DNA of 64,000 bases from Thermodesulfobacteriota bacterium (GTDB lineage: Bacteria > Desulfobacterota_D > UBA1144 > Nemesobacterales > UBA2774). Within the stretch, counting starts at the first letter, position 1, and every line of letters begins with the position of its first letter. Both the position numbers and the translations under genes were made by a program. Under the pieces are notes generated by a model that saw only the letters and a program-made list of their open reading frames with translations, did no database searches and was not told the origin of the DNA. This document shows positions 20,938-31,979 of this stretch, one piece after another. The stretch lies in contig OY729416.1 in NCBI GenBank assembly GCA_963422265.1, positions 1,719,596 to 1,783,595 of the forward strand, written 5' to 3'.

Positions 20938-21645
20938 ATGCTTAAGTTTGGGATAGTATCGTTTCCGGGGTCCAACTGCGATCACGATTGCTACCACGTT
21001 ATAAAACGCGTATTGGGACAGAGCGCGGAGCTAGTATGGCACGGGCTGACCGACTTAGCCCCTTATGATTGCATAGTGATACCGGGAGGGTTTTCTTACG
21101 GTGATTATCTGAGAACGGGCTCAATCGCAAGCCTATCGCCTGTAATGAAATCCGTCCTGAGCTACGCCTCTCGGGGTGGTCCAGTCATAGGCATATGCAA
21201 CGGGTTTCAGATACTGGTGGAATCGGGGCTTTTGACTGGGTCGCTTATGAAAAACGCCTCTCTCAAATTCGTATGTAAACAGGTTAACGTTAGAGTGGAA
21301 AACAATCAAACGCCGTTCACCAACCTTATGAAGGTCGGAGACGTTTTAAGAATCCCTATAGCTCACGCCGAAGGAAATTATTATTGCGGCGTCCAAGACT
21401 TAAAATCTCTTGATGAAAACTCGCAGGTAGTTTTCAGATATTGCGATGATAGAGGTGAGACTACGCCGGAGGCTAATCCTAATGGGTCGATGGAAAACAT
21501 AGCTGGAATATGCGATGAAAATGGTAACGTTCTCGGTATGATGCCCCATCCTGAAAGGAGCTCCGAAGAGCTTTTAGGTGGACGGGATGGAAGATTCATA
21601 TTTGAGTCAGTAATATCGTGGCTCGAGGGAAAAAGCGCGTCGTGA
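20938..21645 (+). CDS. purQ: FGAM synthase glutaminase subunit PurQ
   Basis: [34 protein letters not shown]. Confidence 0.97.
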   Translation: MLKFGIVSFPGSNCDHDCYHVIKRVLGQSAELVWHGLTDLAPYDCIVIPGGFSYGDYLRTGSIASLSPVMKSVLSYASRGGPVIGICNGFQILVESGLLTGSLMKNASLKFVCKQVNVRVENNQTPFTNLMKVGDVLRIPIAHAEGNYYCGVQDLKSLDENSQVVFRYCDDRGETTPEANPNGSMENIAGICDENGNVLGMMPHPERSSEELLGGRDGRFIFESVISWLEGKSAS

Positions 21646-21771
21646 GAGTTCTAATCCTGTTTTTGGTACGTTTTGTGTATTTTTCTATAAGGATATAGTA
21701 ACACGTAACAGCTTTGGAGCGTTATAATAATTTAGAAAGAAGGGTTATGTATAAGCATAAGGGAGGAAGCA

Positions 21772-22264
21772 ATGCCTACAGTCGGAGTTCATGACGTAGC
21801 GAGGTATATTCTAGAATGGTTCGATTCTAAGGGTGAGCAAATTAGTACATGGAAACTTCAAAAGTTGGTGTACTATTGCCAAGCATGGTCTCTAGTGTGG
21901 GATGATAATATTTTATTTCCAGAAGAGATACAAGCCTGGACGGATGGTCCCGTTTGTCCCGCCCTTTATGCAATGCATAGGACTAAAGTACATGCTTACT
22001 CCAGATGATATATCTGGTGATCCCACAAAATTCACAATGGATCAGAAAGAGACGATAGATGCAATCCTCAATGATTATGGAAAGAGAGATGGACGCTATT
22101 TAAGCGATCTCACTCACATGGAAAGACCGTGGCGAGAAGCTCGTAAAGGGTTAGAACCTTTAGAACGGGGCAGTTCTATCATTGATCCTAATACTATGGT
22201 TGATTACTATGGTGGTTTAATTGAAGCGGAAGAACCAGCAGAACCAGAAAAGACGCAAACATAG
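21772..22264 (+). pseudogene. Panacea (SocA/DUF4065) antitoxin, frameshifted near 21978
   Basis: KLQKLVYY.QAW...AW.DGPV in one frame; L...TH.E.PW in the next frame. Confidence 0.82.
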
Positions 22265-22690
22265 TAGCGATGATTCCCTAAAAAAGCGTTCTAAATCTTC
22301 GTCTAATTCATCTTCTCAGAATATAAACAAAGAGAGATTTTCGTGGTCCTCTAAAAAAGTTGATTTAGATGGAATATGGGGTTGGAATGTTGGAATAGTG
22401 TAGAGATAGAGGTGTTATTGAAGAATATCATTCCAAAACTCCAAAATTATGAGACCATGACGTGGGGCAAAATTATAGGAAAAGAAAGTCATTTTATTAA
22501 ACCGAGTAAGTGCTCTAAAGAAGCTCAAAAACGCTTGAGTGATACTACGTTAGAGAACACTGAACAGCTATTTTCACTACGCATAGGTTCTGAAGCACGT
22601 ATATTTGGAATAAAAGAATCGGGAATGCTTTACTTACTTTGGTGGGATCCTAAGCATCAAGTTTATCCTGTTGAGAAAGGGAATGCATGA
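22221..22690 (+). pseudogene. Putative partner toxin, frameshifted by an 8-nt duplication
   Basis: GTTGGAAT duplicated at ~22381-22396; removing one copy fuses the two ORFs (IWGWNSVEIE); C-terminal FSLRI...RIFG...LLWWDP.H suggests a RelE-like fold. Confidence 0.7.
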
Positions 22691-22789
22691 GACTTTTCGC
22701 CTCTTTTTCTTCCTTTCTTTCACCGCTTTAGAATACGTTTCCCTTATTAAGTCTAATAGGTTTGAAATAAAATCAAATACCCTTGCTTC

Positions 22790-23320
22790 TTTGTAGGGGT
22801 AACCTTTGTGGTTAGCCAATCCTTGCGCGCCTTAGGGCAACCATCCTTCAACAGGTTCAGGACAGTGCTAGGGTCGCCGCCCCCTACAGACAAACAAGAA
22901 AATCCACCCTAACCCTCCTTTACAAAAGGAGGGGAATATCCTTTCTAACTCCTGAGCTTGCCTAATGATAAAGCGCAACCGAGAAATCTTGTCTTTTCCC
23001 CCTTTCCCTCTGGGAGAGGGACACAGGGTGAGGGAGTTTCCATCATTCCCGCCCCCGAGCAGGAATCCGGAAAGAGGGTCTAGGAACGAAAACATTCCTC
23101 ATATTCTCCCCCTTTAGATAAAGGGGGCTATAGGGGGATTTGATAGGCGTCGGGGAACGAGAGTCCCTTCCTTATCCCCCATCTCCCTACTTAAGTAATA
23201 TACACAGGGAGATGCTTCCGCAGGAATGACGGACAGGGGAATATCTCTTTCTCCCCCTTTAGATAAAGGGGGCTATAGGGGAATTTGATAGGGCAGCGGG
23301 GAACGAACCCCTTCCTTGTT
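22790..23320 (-). repeat. Composite palindromic repeat cluster (reverse orientation)
   Basis: Reverse complement of modules seen at 8699-9300 and 16300-16640. Confidence 0.88.
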
Positions 23321-23520
23321 GTGGCTTATTTTGGCATAACTGCTTTTCCATAATTTTACACGCCGTAAAATTCTTGGTTACTTGGTTATATGATAAGGCT
23401 GAAAAATCAGTTTTCTCGCCTTTGTGGTGCGATTTTTGGTGATTGTGTGTAGATAAATAGATAAATGAGCCATCTTAAGACCCATCTTTTCAATAAAATG
23501 TAGAATTTACAGAAAGTTGC

Positions 23521-23549
23521 TTGACAGACTTCATACGGTTTTATATAGT
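23521..23549 (+). promoter_or_regulatory. sigma70 promoter of the dcw operon
   Basis: TTGACA-17 nt-TATAGT upstream of mraZ. Confidence 0.8.
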
Positions 23550-23675
23550 GGTATAAAGTAGCGTAGAATGGTAGAAGGTAGAATAGTAGAGCATAGAATG
23601 GCTGGCGTAGAATAGTAGAGCATAGAATAAGGCATAGAATAAGGCATAGAATAAATTGTGAAGTGGGAAGTGGAC
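23548..23675 (+). promoter_or_regulatory. Probable MraZ operator repeats
   Basis: GTGG/GTAG/ATGG boxes at 10-bp spacing (23548, 23558, 23568, 23578, 23598), continuing as TAGAAT repeats. Confidence 0.6.
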
Positions 23676-23925
23676 GGAAGGCACATAGACTGACTGGCGT
23701 TTAGGGGAGGACTTCAAGTGCCCCCCGCTGTTACTATCTGTTTTTGAGGTGGAGTTTTAATACCCTGTTCATCGTTCGTCATTACTGCGTTCGTCATTAC
23801 TGCGGGGGGGGCGGGAACGGCAAAAGCACCCTTACCCCTGCTCTCTCCCTGGTTCGACAAGCTCACCAACCGAGGGAGAGGGTGAAAAGACGAGGTAGAA
23901 GTAACAGAAACTAAAGGGACGCTCC

Positions 23926-24372
23926 TTGTTTAGAGGTAGATACGATCATACGATGACGGATAAGGGGAGGCTGAGTATTCCCGCGAGGTTTAGGGACGTG
24001 TGTAGGGGAAAATACGGTGAGGACGCGTTCATCGTAACTAATTTCGACAGATGCCTGATCGCATATCCCCTAAAAGAGTGGCACGAGATGGAGAAAAAGG
24101 TATTGGAGCTTCCTCAATTCAAACAAGAGGTCATATCGTTTTCGCGATACTTGATAGGCAACGCCGTAGATTGTCCGCTGGATGGGCAGGGCAGGATATT
24201 AATTCCCCAGCCGCTGAGAAGCCACGCACGCATCAGTCGCAGCGTAACAATGATAGGAATGCTCAATAAAATAGAGATTTGGTCTAAGGAGATTTGGGAC
24301 GAAGAGCAGTCGGAGAAGGATTACACAGAGTTTATGAATAGTAGAGAGCTGCTCACCGAACTGGGCTTATAA
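23926..24372 (+). CDS. mraZ: Transcriptional regulator MraZ
   Basis: DKGRLSIPARFR, LDGQGRILIP, IEIW. Confidence 0.96.
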   Translation: MFRGRYDHTMTDKGRLSIPARFRDVCRGKYGEDAFIVTNFDRCLIAYPLKEWHEMEKKVLELPQFKQEVISFSRYLIGNAVDCPLDGQGRILIPQPLRSHARISRSVTMIGMLNKIEIWSKEIWDEEQSEKDYTEFMNSRELLTELGL

Positions 24373-24387
24373 AAGGTAGCGAAGGTC

Positions 24388-25347
24388 ATGGGCAACGCTG
24401 TTTTAGACGTGAGAGCACCGACGCATAAATCGGTTATGCGTAAGGAAACGATTGATTATTTGATAACCCGTCCAGATGGTTCTTACGTTGACGCTACCTT
24501 GGGGCTTGGTGGGCATTCCAGATCAATATTGGAATTTACTAACGATAGTTGCCGGGTTATCGGGCTTGACGTTGACGAGCGAGCCATTGAAATCTCGATG
24601 GAAGGGCTCTCTGGGTTCGGTGGCAGATTTATCGCGCGCAACGACAATTTTTCAAATATAGACGGGGTTCTTACGGATTTGGGGATAAGGAAGGTCGATG
24701 GAATAGTTGCGGATTTGGGTGTCTCTTCTTTTCAGATAGAGTCAAGCGGCAAGGGGTTTAGTTTTAATAGAAACGAACCTCTTGATATGAGAATGGATTC
24801 GAGGATCAAGTTCACTGCCGCTGACCTTGTGAATGAAATGAGCAAGGATGCGATTTCTGATATTTTAAAGTCTTATGGAGAGGAAAAATGGGCGAGCAGG
24901 ATAGCCAAGAGAATCGTGGCGCGTAGAAAGGACAACGTTATCAGAACGTCGGGCGAGCTCGCCAAATTGGTTTCTAGCTCAATTCCCATAAAGTTCCAAC
25001 CCGCAAGAATTCATCCAGCGACCAAAACTTTTCAAGCCTTTAGGATCGCCGTTAATAACGAGCTTAGGAGCCTTGAGGAATTTATCGGAAAATCCATCTC
25101 TCTTCTTAGCTCGGGTGGGCGTTTGGTAATAATTTCTTTTCACTCTCTTGAGGATAGGCTGGTGAAAAGCCAATTCAGGCTATTAGCGTCTTCCTGCGTG
25201 TGCCCTCCCGCTATGCCAGAGTGTGGGTGCGCTAAGCGGAGCGTCCTGAGGACGCTGACCCGTTCGCCTATAACCCCCACTCCTCAGGAGTTGTCCGATA
25301 ATCCACGGGCGAGGAGCGCAAAAATGAGGGTAGGGGAAAAAATATGA
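24388..25347 (+). CDS. rsmH: 16S rRNA m4C1402 methyltransferase
   Basis: DATLGLGGH, DLGVSS, PLDMRMD, FHSLEDR, NPRARSAK. Confidence 0.97.
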   Translation: MGNAVLDVRAPTHKSVMRKETIDYLITRPDGSYVDATLGLGGHSRSILEFTNDSCRVIGLDVDERAIEISMEGLSGFGGRFIARNDNFSNIDGVLTDLGIRKVDGIVADLGVSSFQIESSGKGFSFNRNEPLDMRMDSRIKFTAADLVNEMSKDAISDILKSYGEEKWASRIAKRIVARRKDNVIRTSGELAKLVSSSIPIKFQPARIHPATKTFQAFRIAVNNELRSLEEFIGKSISLLSSGGRLVIISFHSLEDRLVKSQFRLLASSCVCPPAMPECGCAKRSVLRTLTRSPITPTPQELSDNPRARSAKMRVGEKI

Positions 25348-25691
25348 TCATGTCGCGCGCTAACGCTATAAGAACCAAGGATAGGGGTAAGTCACAGGCG
25401 CTAGGGTTATTGACGCCATTTATAGCCCTTATCCTTTTTGTTTCAGCGCTTTTGCTTTGTTACATCGGAATAAAAGCCGAGTCTATAAGGCTCGGTTATG
25501 AAATATCGCGAAATAATAAGAGGGTTGTAGAAATGCAGAAGGAAAATCAGATTCTTGAATCCGAGCTTATTAAACTAACCTCGCTGTCCGCCCTTGAGGC
25601 TTTGGGTATAAGGATGGGCTTTAAGTTTCCGACTCAGGGAGACGTTATATACTTAGAGCAAAGGACAGTTACGCGTATTGTAGGAAGATGA
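25344..25691 (+). CDS. ftsL: Cell division protein FtsL
   Basis: TM plus leucine-zipper segment between rsmH and ftsI. Confidence 0.8.
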   Translation: MIMSRANAIRTKDRGKSQALGLLTPFIALILFVSALLLCYIGIKAESIRLGYEISRNNKRVVEMQKENQILESELIKLTSLSALEALGIRMGFKFPTQGDVIYLEQRTVTRIVGR

Positions 25692-27613
25692 AAAGAAAAA
25701 GAAGCTCAAACAGGGTGCTTACGGGTGAGAATGCTACTCCACCAAAATGGAGGTCGCTATTTATTGCAAGTTTCGTCCTACTGTTTTTCGCCGTTATTTC
25801 TTATAGAGCGCTTGACCTACAGGCGTTTAACAGGGATAGGGCGTTTGACGTTGGGAAGAGACAACACAACGGTGCTGTGACGCTTCCTGCACAAAGGGGT
25901 AGGATACTTGATAGGGACAAAAAGGAGCTTGCAGTGAGCGTTGACGTTAAATCCATTTACGCTCACCCGTCCGATGTGAGAGAGCCTGAGAAGGTCGCCC
26001 AGATACTTTCAAAGAAGTTGAACGTATCACCCAAAAGGGTTCTTAACAGGGTTTCATCTAATAAGTCTTTCGTGTGGCTAAAGCGGCTCGCTGATCCTAA
26101 GGTTATCGCCTCGCTCCAGAGCCTAAACCTAGAGGGGATAGGCTACCTGCAAGAGTCCAAGAGGGTATATCCGAATGGTCACCTTCTGGGGCAGGTGATA
26201 GGTTTTACCAATATAGATTCAAGGGGAATAGAGGGCATAGAGCATCTCTATGATAATTTTTTGACGGGCACTCCTCAGAAAATTACGCTTGTGAGAGACG
26301 CCAAGGGACGTGGCATAATGAGCGTTTCTGATAAAGCGTGGGAATTTGACAGGCGAAAGACCTCAGGAGCTGATGTCGTCCTTACCATTGATTCGCGCAT
26401 ACAACACATTGTAGAGAGGGAGTTGGAAAAGGGCGTTGAAGAAATGGCCGCCGAGAAGGGCATGGCGCTCTTGCTTAATCCCGAGACGGGAGAGGTCCTC
26501 GCTATGGCGTCTTACCCATTCTTAGACCCCAACGATTTTATCGGACATCCTAAGGAGACCATGAGGAGCCTTCCAATATGGTATGCCTATGAGCCAGGAT
26601 CGACAATAAAGGTGTTTCTCGCTGCCGCCGCCCTTGAAGAAGGAAAGGTGAATTTAAATTCCGTTTTTGATTGCGAGAATGGAAGGAGAGTTATAGGCTC
26701 GGAGGTTATAAAAGATACGTCGTTGCATAATAATCTTACAGTTGCTGAAATCATAGAAGTCTCAAGCAATGTATGTGCTTCAAAGATCGGCGAGTTATTG
26801 GGCAAGGAGAAATACTACTATTATCTTGACAAGTTTGGTTTTGGAGAAAAGACGGGCATTGATCTGCCCGGGGAATCTAAGGGTATATTCACAAGCATGA
26901 ACAAATGGGGCGATATAGAGCTCGCTACCATATCATTCGGGCAGGGGATATCGGTTACCACCATTCAAATGGCTTCAGCTCTCTCCGCAATCGCTAACGG
27001 CGGGGATCTTATGAAGCCTTATATAGTCAAGCGTATCGCTAGCGCTGATGGAGAAGTTTTGCAGGAGAACAAGCCTCGGATGATTAGCCGCATTATGTCT
27101 TATGATACGGCGCGCGAGGTGACTGATATAATGAAGCGGGTAGTTGAGAATGGCACTGGGCAAAAGGCTGCTATCCCGGGCATTGCGGTTGCGGGAAAAA
27201 CAGGAACGGCTCAAATACCTGACCTGAGCAATGGGGGCTATCACTCCGGCAGTTATATTGCTTCTTTTATTGGTTTTGCCCCAGCGGACGCCCCACGCAT
27301 GGCTCTTATAGTCGTTGTGAAGTCGCCCAAGAAAAAACTGCACGGGGGTGCAGTAGCAGCTCCTATTTTCCGAAGTATTGCTGAGAAGTCGTTGTTTGTT
27401 CTCGGCGTCACTCCAAGCCAAGAGACACTCAGCGTAAAAGCGATGCCCGACCTAAGAGGCATGGATGCGCGAGAGATACTAAAGTGGTCTGAAAAAGAAG
27501 GCGTGAGGGTCAAGGTGAAGGGCAACGGTTACGTAAAAAACCAGATGCCCCTACCGGGAGAACCAATCAAACGAGGGATGATATGCTCTGTAGAGATGGA
27601 TCGCAAAACATGA
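25688..27613 (+). CDS. ftsI: PBP3/FtsI with C-terminal PASTA domain
   Basis: RG.I.DR, EPGSTIK (SxxK), SSN, KTGTAQ, MPDLRG. Confidence 0.96.
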   Translation: MKRKRSSNRVLTGENATPPKWRSLFIASFVLLFFAVISYRALDLQAFNRDRAFDVGKRQHNGAVTLPAQRGRILDRDKKELAVSVDVKSIYAHPSDVREPEKVAQILSKKLNVSPKRVLNRVSSNKSFVWLKRLADPKVIASLQSLNLEGIGYLQESKRVYPNGHLLGQVIGFTNIDSRGIEGIEHLYDNFLTGTPQKITLVRDAKGRGIMSVSDKAWEFDRRKTSGADVVLTIDSRIQHIVERELEKGVEEMAAEKGMALLLNPETGEVLAMASYPFLDPNDFIGHPKETMRSLPIWYAYEPGSTIKVFLAAAALEEGKVNLNSVFDCENGRRVIGSEVIKDTSLHNNLTVAEIIEVSSNVCASKIGELLGKEKYYYYLDKFGFGEKTGIDLPGESKGIFTSMNKWGDIELATISFGQGISVTTIQMASALSAIANGGDLMKPYIVKRIASADGEVLQENKPRMISRIMSYDTAREVTDIMKRVVENGTGQKAAIPGIAVAGKTGTAQIPDLSNGGYHSGSYIASFIGFAPADAPRMALIVVVKSPKKKLHGGAVAAPIFRSIAEKSLFVLGVTPSQETLSVKAMPDLRGMDAREILKWSEKEGVRVKVKGNGYVKNQMPLPGEPIKRGMICSVEMDRKT

Positions 27614-29100
27614 TATTGAAAGACGTTATTAAATCCCTAGACGTAAAGAGCTTTGTGGGTGATGACAAATCGGATATTCTGGGCGTATCCTTTAATTCTA
27701 GCAAGGTTCGCAAAGGGTTTCTCTTCGTAGCCTTAAGTGGGGAAAAAACCGATGGGCATAAATACATAGCGGACGCCCTACGCAGGGGAGCAAAGGCCGT
27801 TCTCGTTGAGAAAAAGCCTCAGGACGCCCTAAGTGGCGTTTCCGTAATAGAGGTCCAAGATTCAAGGTCGTCCCTTGCCCGCGTTGCGGCGAATTTTTTT
27901 TCGCATCCTACCAAAGACTTAGTACTCGTGGGGATCACGGGGACGAATGGAAAGACGACCATTACTTACCTTCTCGAATCAATCTGGGAAAAGGAAAACA
28001 GGCGTCCTGGCGTCATCGGTACCGTTAATTACAGATACCGAGGTAGGGTTGTCCCATCTGGCATGACCACGCCGGAGTCTTTGGATCTTATGGAGATGAT
28101 TAGAGAAATGAAGGATTCAGGGGTTAAAAGCATAGCAATGGAGGTGTCCTCACATGCGTTGGAGAAAAAGAGGGCGCTTGAGTGCCATTTTGACGCTGCG
28201 GTATTTACGAATCTAACGCGCGATCACCTAGACTACCATAAAACGATGGATAGTTATCTTGACGCAAAGAAAAAGCTATTCACCGAGCTCCTTGCTAGCA
28301 GTGAAAAGGAGCTTAAGTATTCAATCGTCAACGTAGATGATCCTTACGGCACAAGAATTATAACAGAAGCACCCAAAGAGATTATAACGTATTCGGTTAA
28401 CAACAAAGACGCTCCTATACACGCTAGGCGGAGCGAAGTTACGCGAAGTGGCATCTGGGCGGTGGTGCAGACGCCATCGGGCGAGCTTGAAATCAGCTCA
28501 AAGCTCTTTGGAGAGCATAATCTCTCGAATATACTGGCGTCGGTAGCCGTCGCGGTTTCCCTAGGCTCCTCGCCTCGCTCCATAGAAGAGGCTTTATATA
28601 GGCTAGATTCAATCCCTGGCAGGCTCGAATCCATAGAAAACCCCCTCGGTATTTGTGTGCTGGTTGATTATGCTCATACGCCGGATGCTTTGAAGAACGC
28701 CTTGCTGGCAGCCAGAGCCCTTACGGAGGGAAATCTAATACTCGTGTTTGGGTGCGGTGGTAATAGGGATAGGGCGAAAAGGGCGCAAATGGGAACGATA
28801 GGACAGATTCACTCGGACATATTAATCGTCACCTCAGACAATCCACGAACGGAATCCTCCGAGCTTATTATCGACGATATAGAGGCTGGCATTGCGGATG
28901 CTAAGAAAGTCGATGGTTCATACTACAGAATAACGGATAGAAGAGAGGCTATTACACATGCTATTCAGATTGTCTCCGCAGGTGATACGGTGCTTATTGC
29001 GGGTAAAGGACACGAAGACTATCAGATAGTAGGCAAGGTTAAACATCATTTTGACGATAGAGAAGTAGCAAGGGAGACAATAAGGAATATGATGAGTTGA
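27610..29100 (+). CDS. murE: UDP-MurNAc-tripeptide synthetase
   Basis: GTNGKTT, TTP, EVSSH, DYAHTPD, DNPR (meso-DAP type), GKGHE. Confidence 0.97.
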   Translation: MILKDVIKSLDVKSFVGDDKSDILGVSFNSSKVRKGFLFVALSGEKTDGHKYIADALRRGAKAVLVEKKPQDALSGVSVIEVQDSRSSLARVAANFFSHPTKDLVLVGITGTNGKTTITYLLESIWEKENRRPGVIGTVNYRYRGRVVPSGMTTPESLDLMEMIREMKDSGVKSIAMEVSSHALEKKRALECHFDAAVFTNLTRDHLDYHKTMDSYLDAKKKLFTELLASSEKELKYSIVNVDDPYGTRIITEAPKEIITYSVNNKDAPIHARRSEVTRSGIWAVVQTPSGELEISSKLFGEHNLSNILASVAVAVSLGSSPRSIEEALYRLDSIPGRLESIENPLGICVLVDYAHTPDALKNALLAARALTEGNLILVFGCGGNRDRAKRAQMGTIGQIHSDILIVTSDNPRTESSELIIDDIEAGIADAKKVDGSYYRITDRREAITHAIQIVSAGDTVLIAGKGHEDYQIVGKVKHHFDDREVARETIRNMMS

Positions 29101-29390
29101 GGGATGTGGGGGCGGGTGTATAAGGAAGGGATATTTGTCCCTCGACCCCATTTCTAGATTCCCAATCAAGTTGGGAATGACGGGGAGTGTTGGGGTGCCC
29201 TAAGAGGTGAGTGTGATGGGTGGGATGATGAAGCCATGATTAAAAGAACAAATCCCCCTTTATCTAAAGGGGGAGAAGTAGATATTTCCCTCCTTTTGTA
29301 AAGGAGGTTAGGGTGGATTTTCTTTTTGTTTGTAGGGTTATCCCTGCGAAAGATGGAAGGGATGAAGATGAAGAAGGGATGAAATGGTAG
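29100..29390 (+). repeat. Repeat cluster between murE and murF
   Basis: CCCCTTTATCTAAAGGGG and CCTCCTTTTGTAAAGGAGG hairpins. Confidence 0.8.
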
Positions 29391-29419
29391 GACAGCCAAA
29401 AGAAAGGCGCAAAGCTATT

Positions 29420-30847
29420 ATGGACGTTGATTTTATTCTCAAATCTACGGGTGGGAGGCTTTTGGGCTTACCGAAGGCAAACTCACCAGCCAGCTCAAGA
29501 CAACGACTTGGGAACGCCGAGTTCACGGGAGTATCCACCGATTCAAGAACAATTAAGAGGGGCGAGGCATTCGTTGCGCTTAGAGGGGATAACTTTGACG
29601 GTCATAAATTCGTTGATAAGGTGTTTGAAAGGGGAGCGTCAGCAGCGGTCATAGAAGACGCATCACACGTTCGGAGTCGGGACAAGGCGTTAATACAGGT
29701 TGATTCCACCCTCAAGGCGCTGGGAGACATGGCTTTAGCGTGGAGAAGGAGATTCTCTAACCTAAGGCTTGCGGCTATTACGGGGTCAAATGGCAAGACT
29801 ACAACGAAGGAAATGGCATGGAGTATGGTTTCGCTAAAACACGATAGTCTCAGAAACAGAGATAATTTGAACAACTTAATAGGTCTTCCTTTAACCCTTT
29901 TTAGATTGAACGAGGGCTACGAATCAGCGGTTGTAGAGCTTGGAATGAGTGACTTTGGAGAGATTAGTAGGTTGTCTCAGATTGCGCGTCCGGACATTGG
30001 GACGATTACTAACATAGGTAGGGCGCACCTTGAAAAACTTGGAGGGATAGAGGGAGTGGCGAAGGCGAAGGGAGAGCTGATAGAAGGGTTTGACGAGAGC
30101 TGCACCCTTGTTGTTAACGCCGATGATCTGAGGGTTATGAACATCGCCAATAGTGCTCGGTGCCAGAAGATTTTCTTTGGCATTGAATCCAAAGCGGCGT
30201 CTCGTGGCTTAGAGCGCGGGGAGAGGTGGATTACAGCAAAAAACATACAGCCTGAAGGTTTATCTGGCGTCAATTTTGTTATGAGCTTCAAGGGACAAGA
30301 GGTTCCTTTGCGTTTAAGAGCTATTGGCGTTCATAACGTAATGAATGCCCTTTGCGCCGCAGGGCTCGCTCTTGCCCTGGGATGTGGAGCGGATGATGTT
30401 AGCGCTGGTATTGAGAGGTTTTCTCCTAAGCTTATGAGGCTCGAGGTAATGACCTCTCCTCAGGGTTTTAAGTTGATAAACGACTCCTACAATGCTAATC
30501 CAGACTCAATGCGGTGTGCGATAGACGAGCTTTTAAGGTTAAAGGGTGATGGTAGAACTATTGCCGTTTTGGGAGATATGCTGGAGCTAGGCGTGACGAG
30601 CGAGAGTGAGCATAGGGCGATTGGCGAATACATGTCGTCTTCTGGGGTAGATTTGTTAATTGCTTACGGTGAGTTCGCGGACGCGGTTATAGGAGGGTTG
30701 AACAACGGTGCTAATGGCTTTCGCGCCCAGACTCGTGAAGAGGCGCGTGAGATGCTAATAAGCCAAGCCGTTCCGGACGACCTCGTTTTGGTTAAGGGCT
30801 CGCGCGGCATGAGGATGGAAGAGGTGATTAAAGGATTATTTAATTAG
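29420..30847 (+). CDS. murF: UDP-MurNAc-pentapeptide synthetase
   Basis: TDSR, TGSNGKTTTK, NN.IGLP, DSYNANP, KGSRG. Confidence 0.96.
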   Translation: MDVDFILKSTGGRLLGLPKANSPASSRQRLGNAEFTGVSTDSRTIKRGEAFVALRGDNFDGHKFVDKVFERGASAAVIEDASHVRSRDKALIQVDSTLKALGDMALAWRRRFSNLRLAAITGSNGKTTTKEMAWSMVSLKHDSLRNRDNLNNLIGLPLTLFRLNEGYESAVVELGMSDFGEISRLSQIARPDIGTITNIGRAHLEKLGGIEGVAKAKGELIEGFDESCTLVVNADDLRVMNIANSARCQKIFFGIESKAASRGLERGERWITAKNIQPEGLSGVNFVMSFKGQEVPLRLRAIGVHNVMNALCAAGLALALGCGADDVSAGIERFSPKLMRLEVMTSPQGFKLINDSYNANPDSMRCAIDELLRLKGDGRTIAVLGDMLELGVTSESEHRAIGEYMSSSGVDLLIAYGEFADAVIGGLNNGANGFRAQTREEAREMLISQAVPDDLVLVKGSRGMRMEEVIKGLFN

Positions 30848-30862
30848 GGAGCCCGGCTGAGC

Positions 30863-31972
30863 ATGTTATATCTTCTCTATTCATTTGGAGGAGAGTTTGT
30901 TCTCTTAAACGTTTTTAAGTACATAACGTTCCGCTCGTTTGGAGCGGGAGTTACAGCTTTTTTGATCAGTCTTATATTTGGCTCGTGGCTTATTAGGTTT
31001 CTCACCGACAGGCAACTAGGCGAGAACGTCAGAGAAGACGGCCCCACAGACCACCAGTCCAAAGCTGGAACGCCCACTATGGGCGGGGCATTTATAGTTA
31101 TCGCCGCAGCCATATCATCGCTCCTGTGGGTGAATCTGTCAAGTTCCGTCTTTTGGATTGTCTTTTTGCTTACCATTAGCTATGGGGCTATAGGTTTTGC
31201 GGATGATTGGCTTAAATTCTCTAAGGGCAAGGGCATGAGGGCGAGGACTAAGTTCTCGCTTCAGCTATTATTCGGGGCGTTCTTCATCCTGCTTTTGCTT
31301 GCCGACATAGGCAAGTTTCAGATGGCATTGGGTGCTGCTCAGACTGTGGACTACTCCTTTACTTCTATTATATTTCCGTTCTTTAAGAGGGCGGTCGTTG
31401 ATCTCGGATGGTTTTACTTGCCCTTTGCCCTAATAGTGCTTGCCGGGACGTCTAACAGCGTCAATTTGACCGATGGTCTCGATGGACTTGCAATAGGGTC
31501 TATATGCGTGGCGACTGCTACATACATAATATTCGCTTATTTGTCGGGGCACGTTGTGTTCTCAAGCTATCTTCAGATACCGCATATTGCCGAAAGTGGG
31601 GAGCTTGCGGTTTTTCTCGCTTCCATTGGTGGAGCGTGCCTTGGTTTTCTCTGGTACAACTCGCATCCGGCTCAGGTTTTTATGGGTGACGTAGGCTCGC
31701 TCGCCCTCGGAGCCGCAATTGGCGCGGTAGCGTTAGTGATAAAGCAGGAGATACTACTTATAATAGTGGGTGGGCTATTTGTGGCGGAGGTTATGTCCGT
31801 AGTAATTCAGGTCGCCTCGTTTAAGCTGACTGGCAAGAGGGTGTTTAGGATGGCGCCGCTCCACCATCACTTTGAGCTTAGCGGTTGGTCCGAACCCAAA
31901 ATCGTTATTAGGTTCTGGATCATATCTTTGACGTTTGCCCTTTTGGCTTTATCTACTCTTAAGCTGAGGTGA
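30863..31972 (+). CDS. mraY: Phospho-MurNAc-pentapeptide transferase
   Basis: K.GTPTMGG, NLTDGLDGL, FMGD.GS, APLHHHFE. Confidence 0.98.
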   Translation: MLYLLYSFGGEFVLLNVFKYITFRSFGAGVTAFLISLIFGSWLIRFLTDRQLGENVREDGPTDHQSKAGTPTMGGAFIVIAAAISSLLWVNLSSSVFWIVFLLTISYGAIGFADDWLKFSKGKGMRARTKFSLQLLFGAFFILLLLADIGKFQMALGAAQTVDYSFTSIIFPFFKRAVVDLGWFYLPFALIVLAGTSNSVNLTDGLDGLAIGSICVATATYIIFAYLSGHVVFSSYLQIPHIAESGELAVFLASIGGACLGFLWYNSHPAQVFMGDVGSLALGAAIGAVALVIKQEILLIIVGGLFVAEVMSVVIQVASFKLTGKRVFRMAPLHHHFELSGWSEPKIVIRFWIISLTFALLALSTLKLR

Positions 31973-31979
31973 GATTTTA

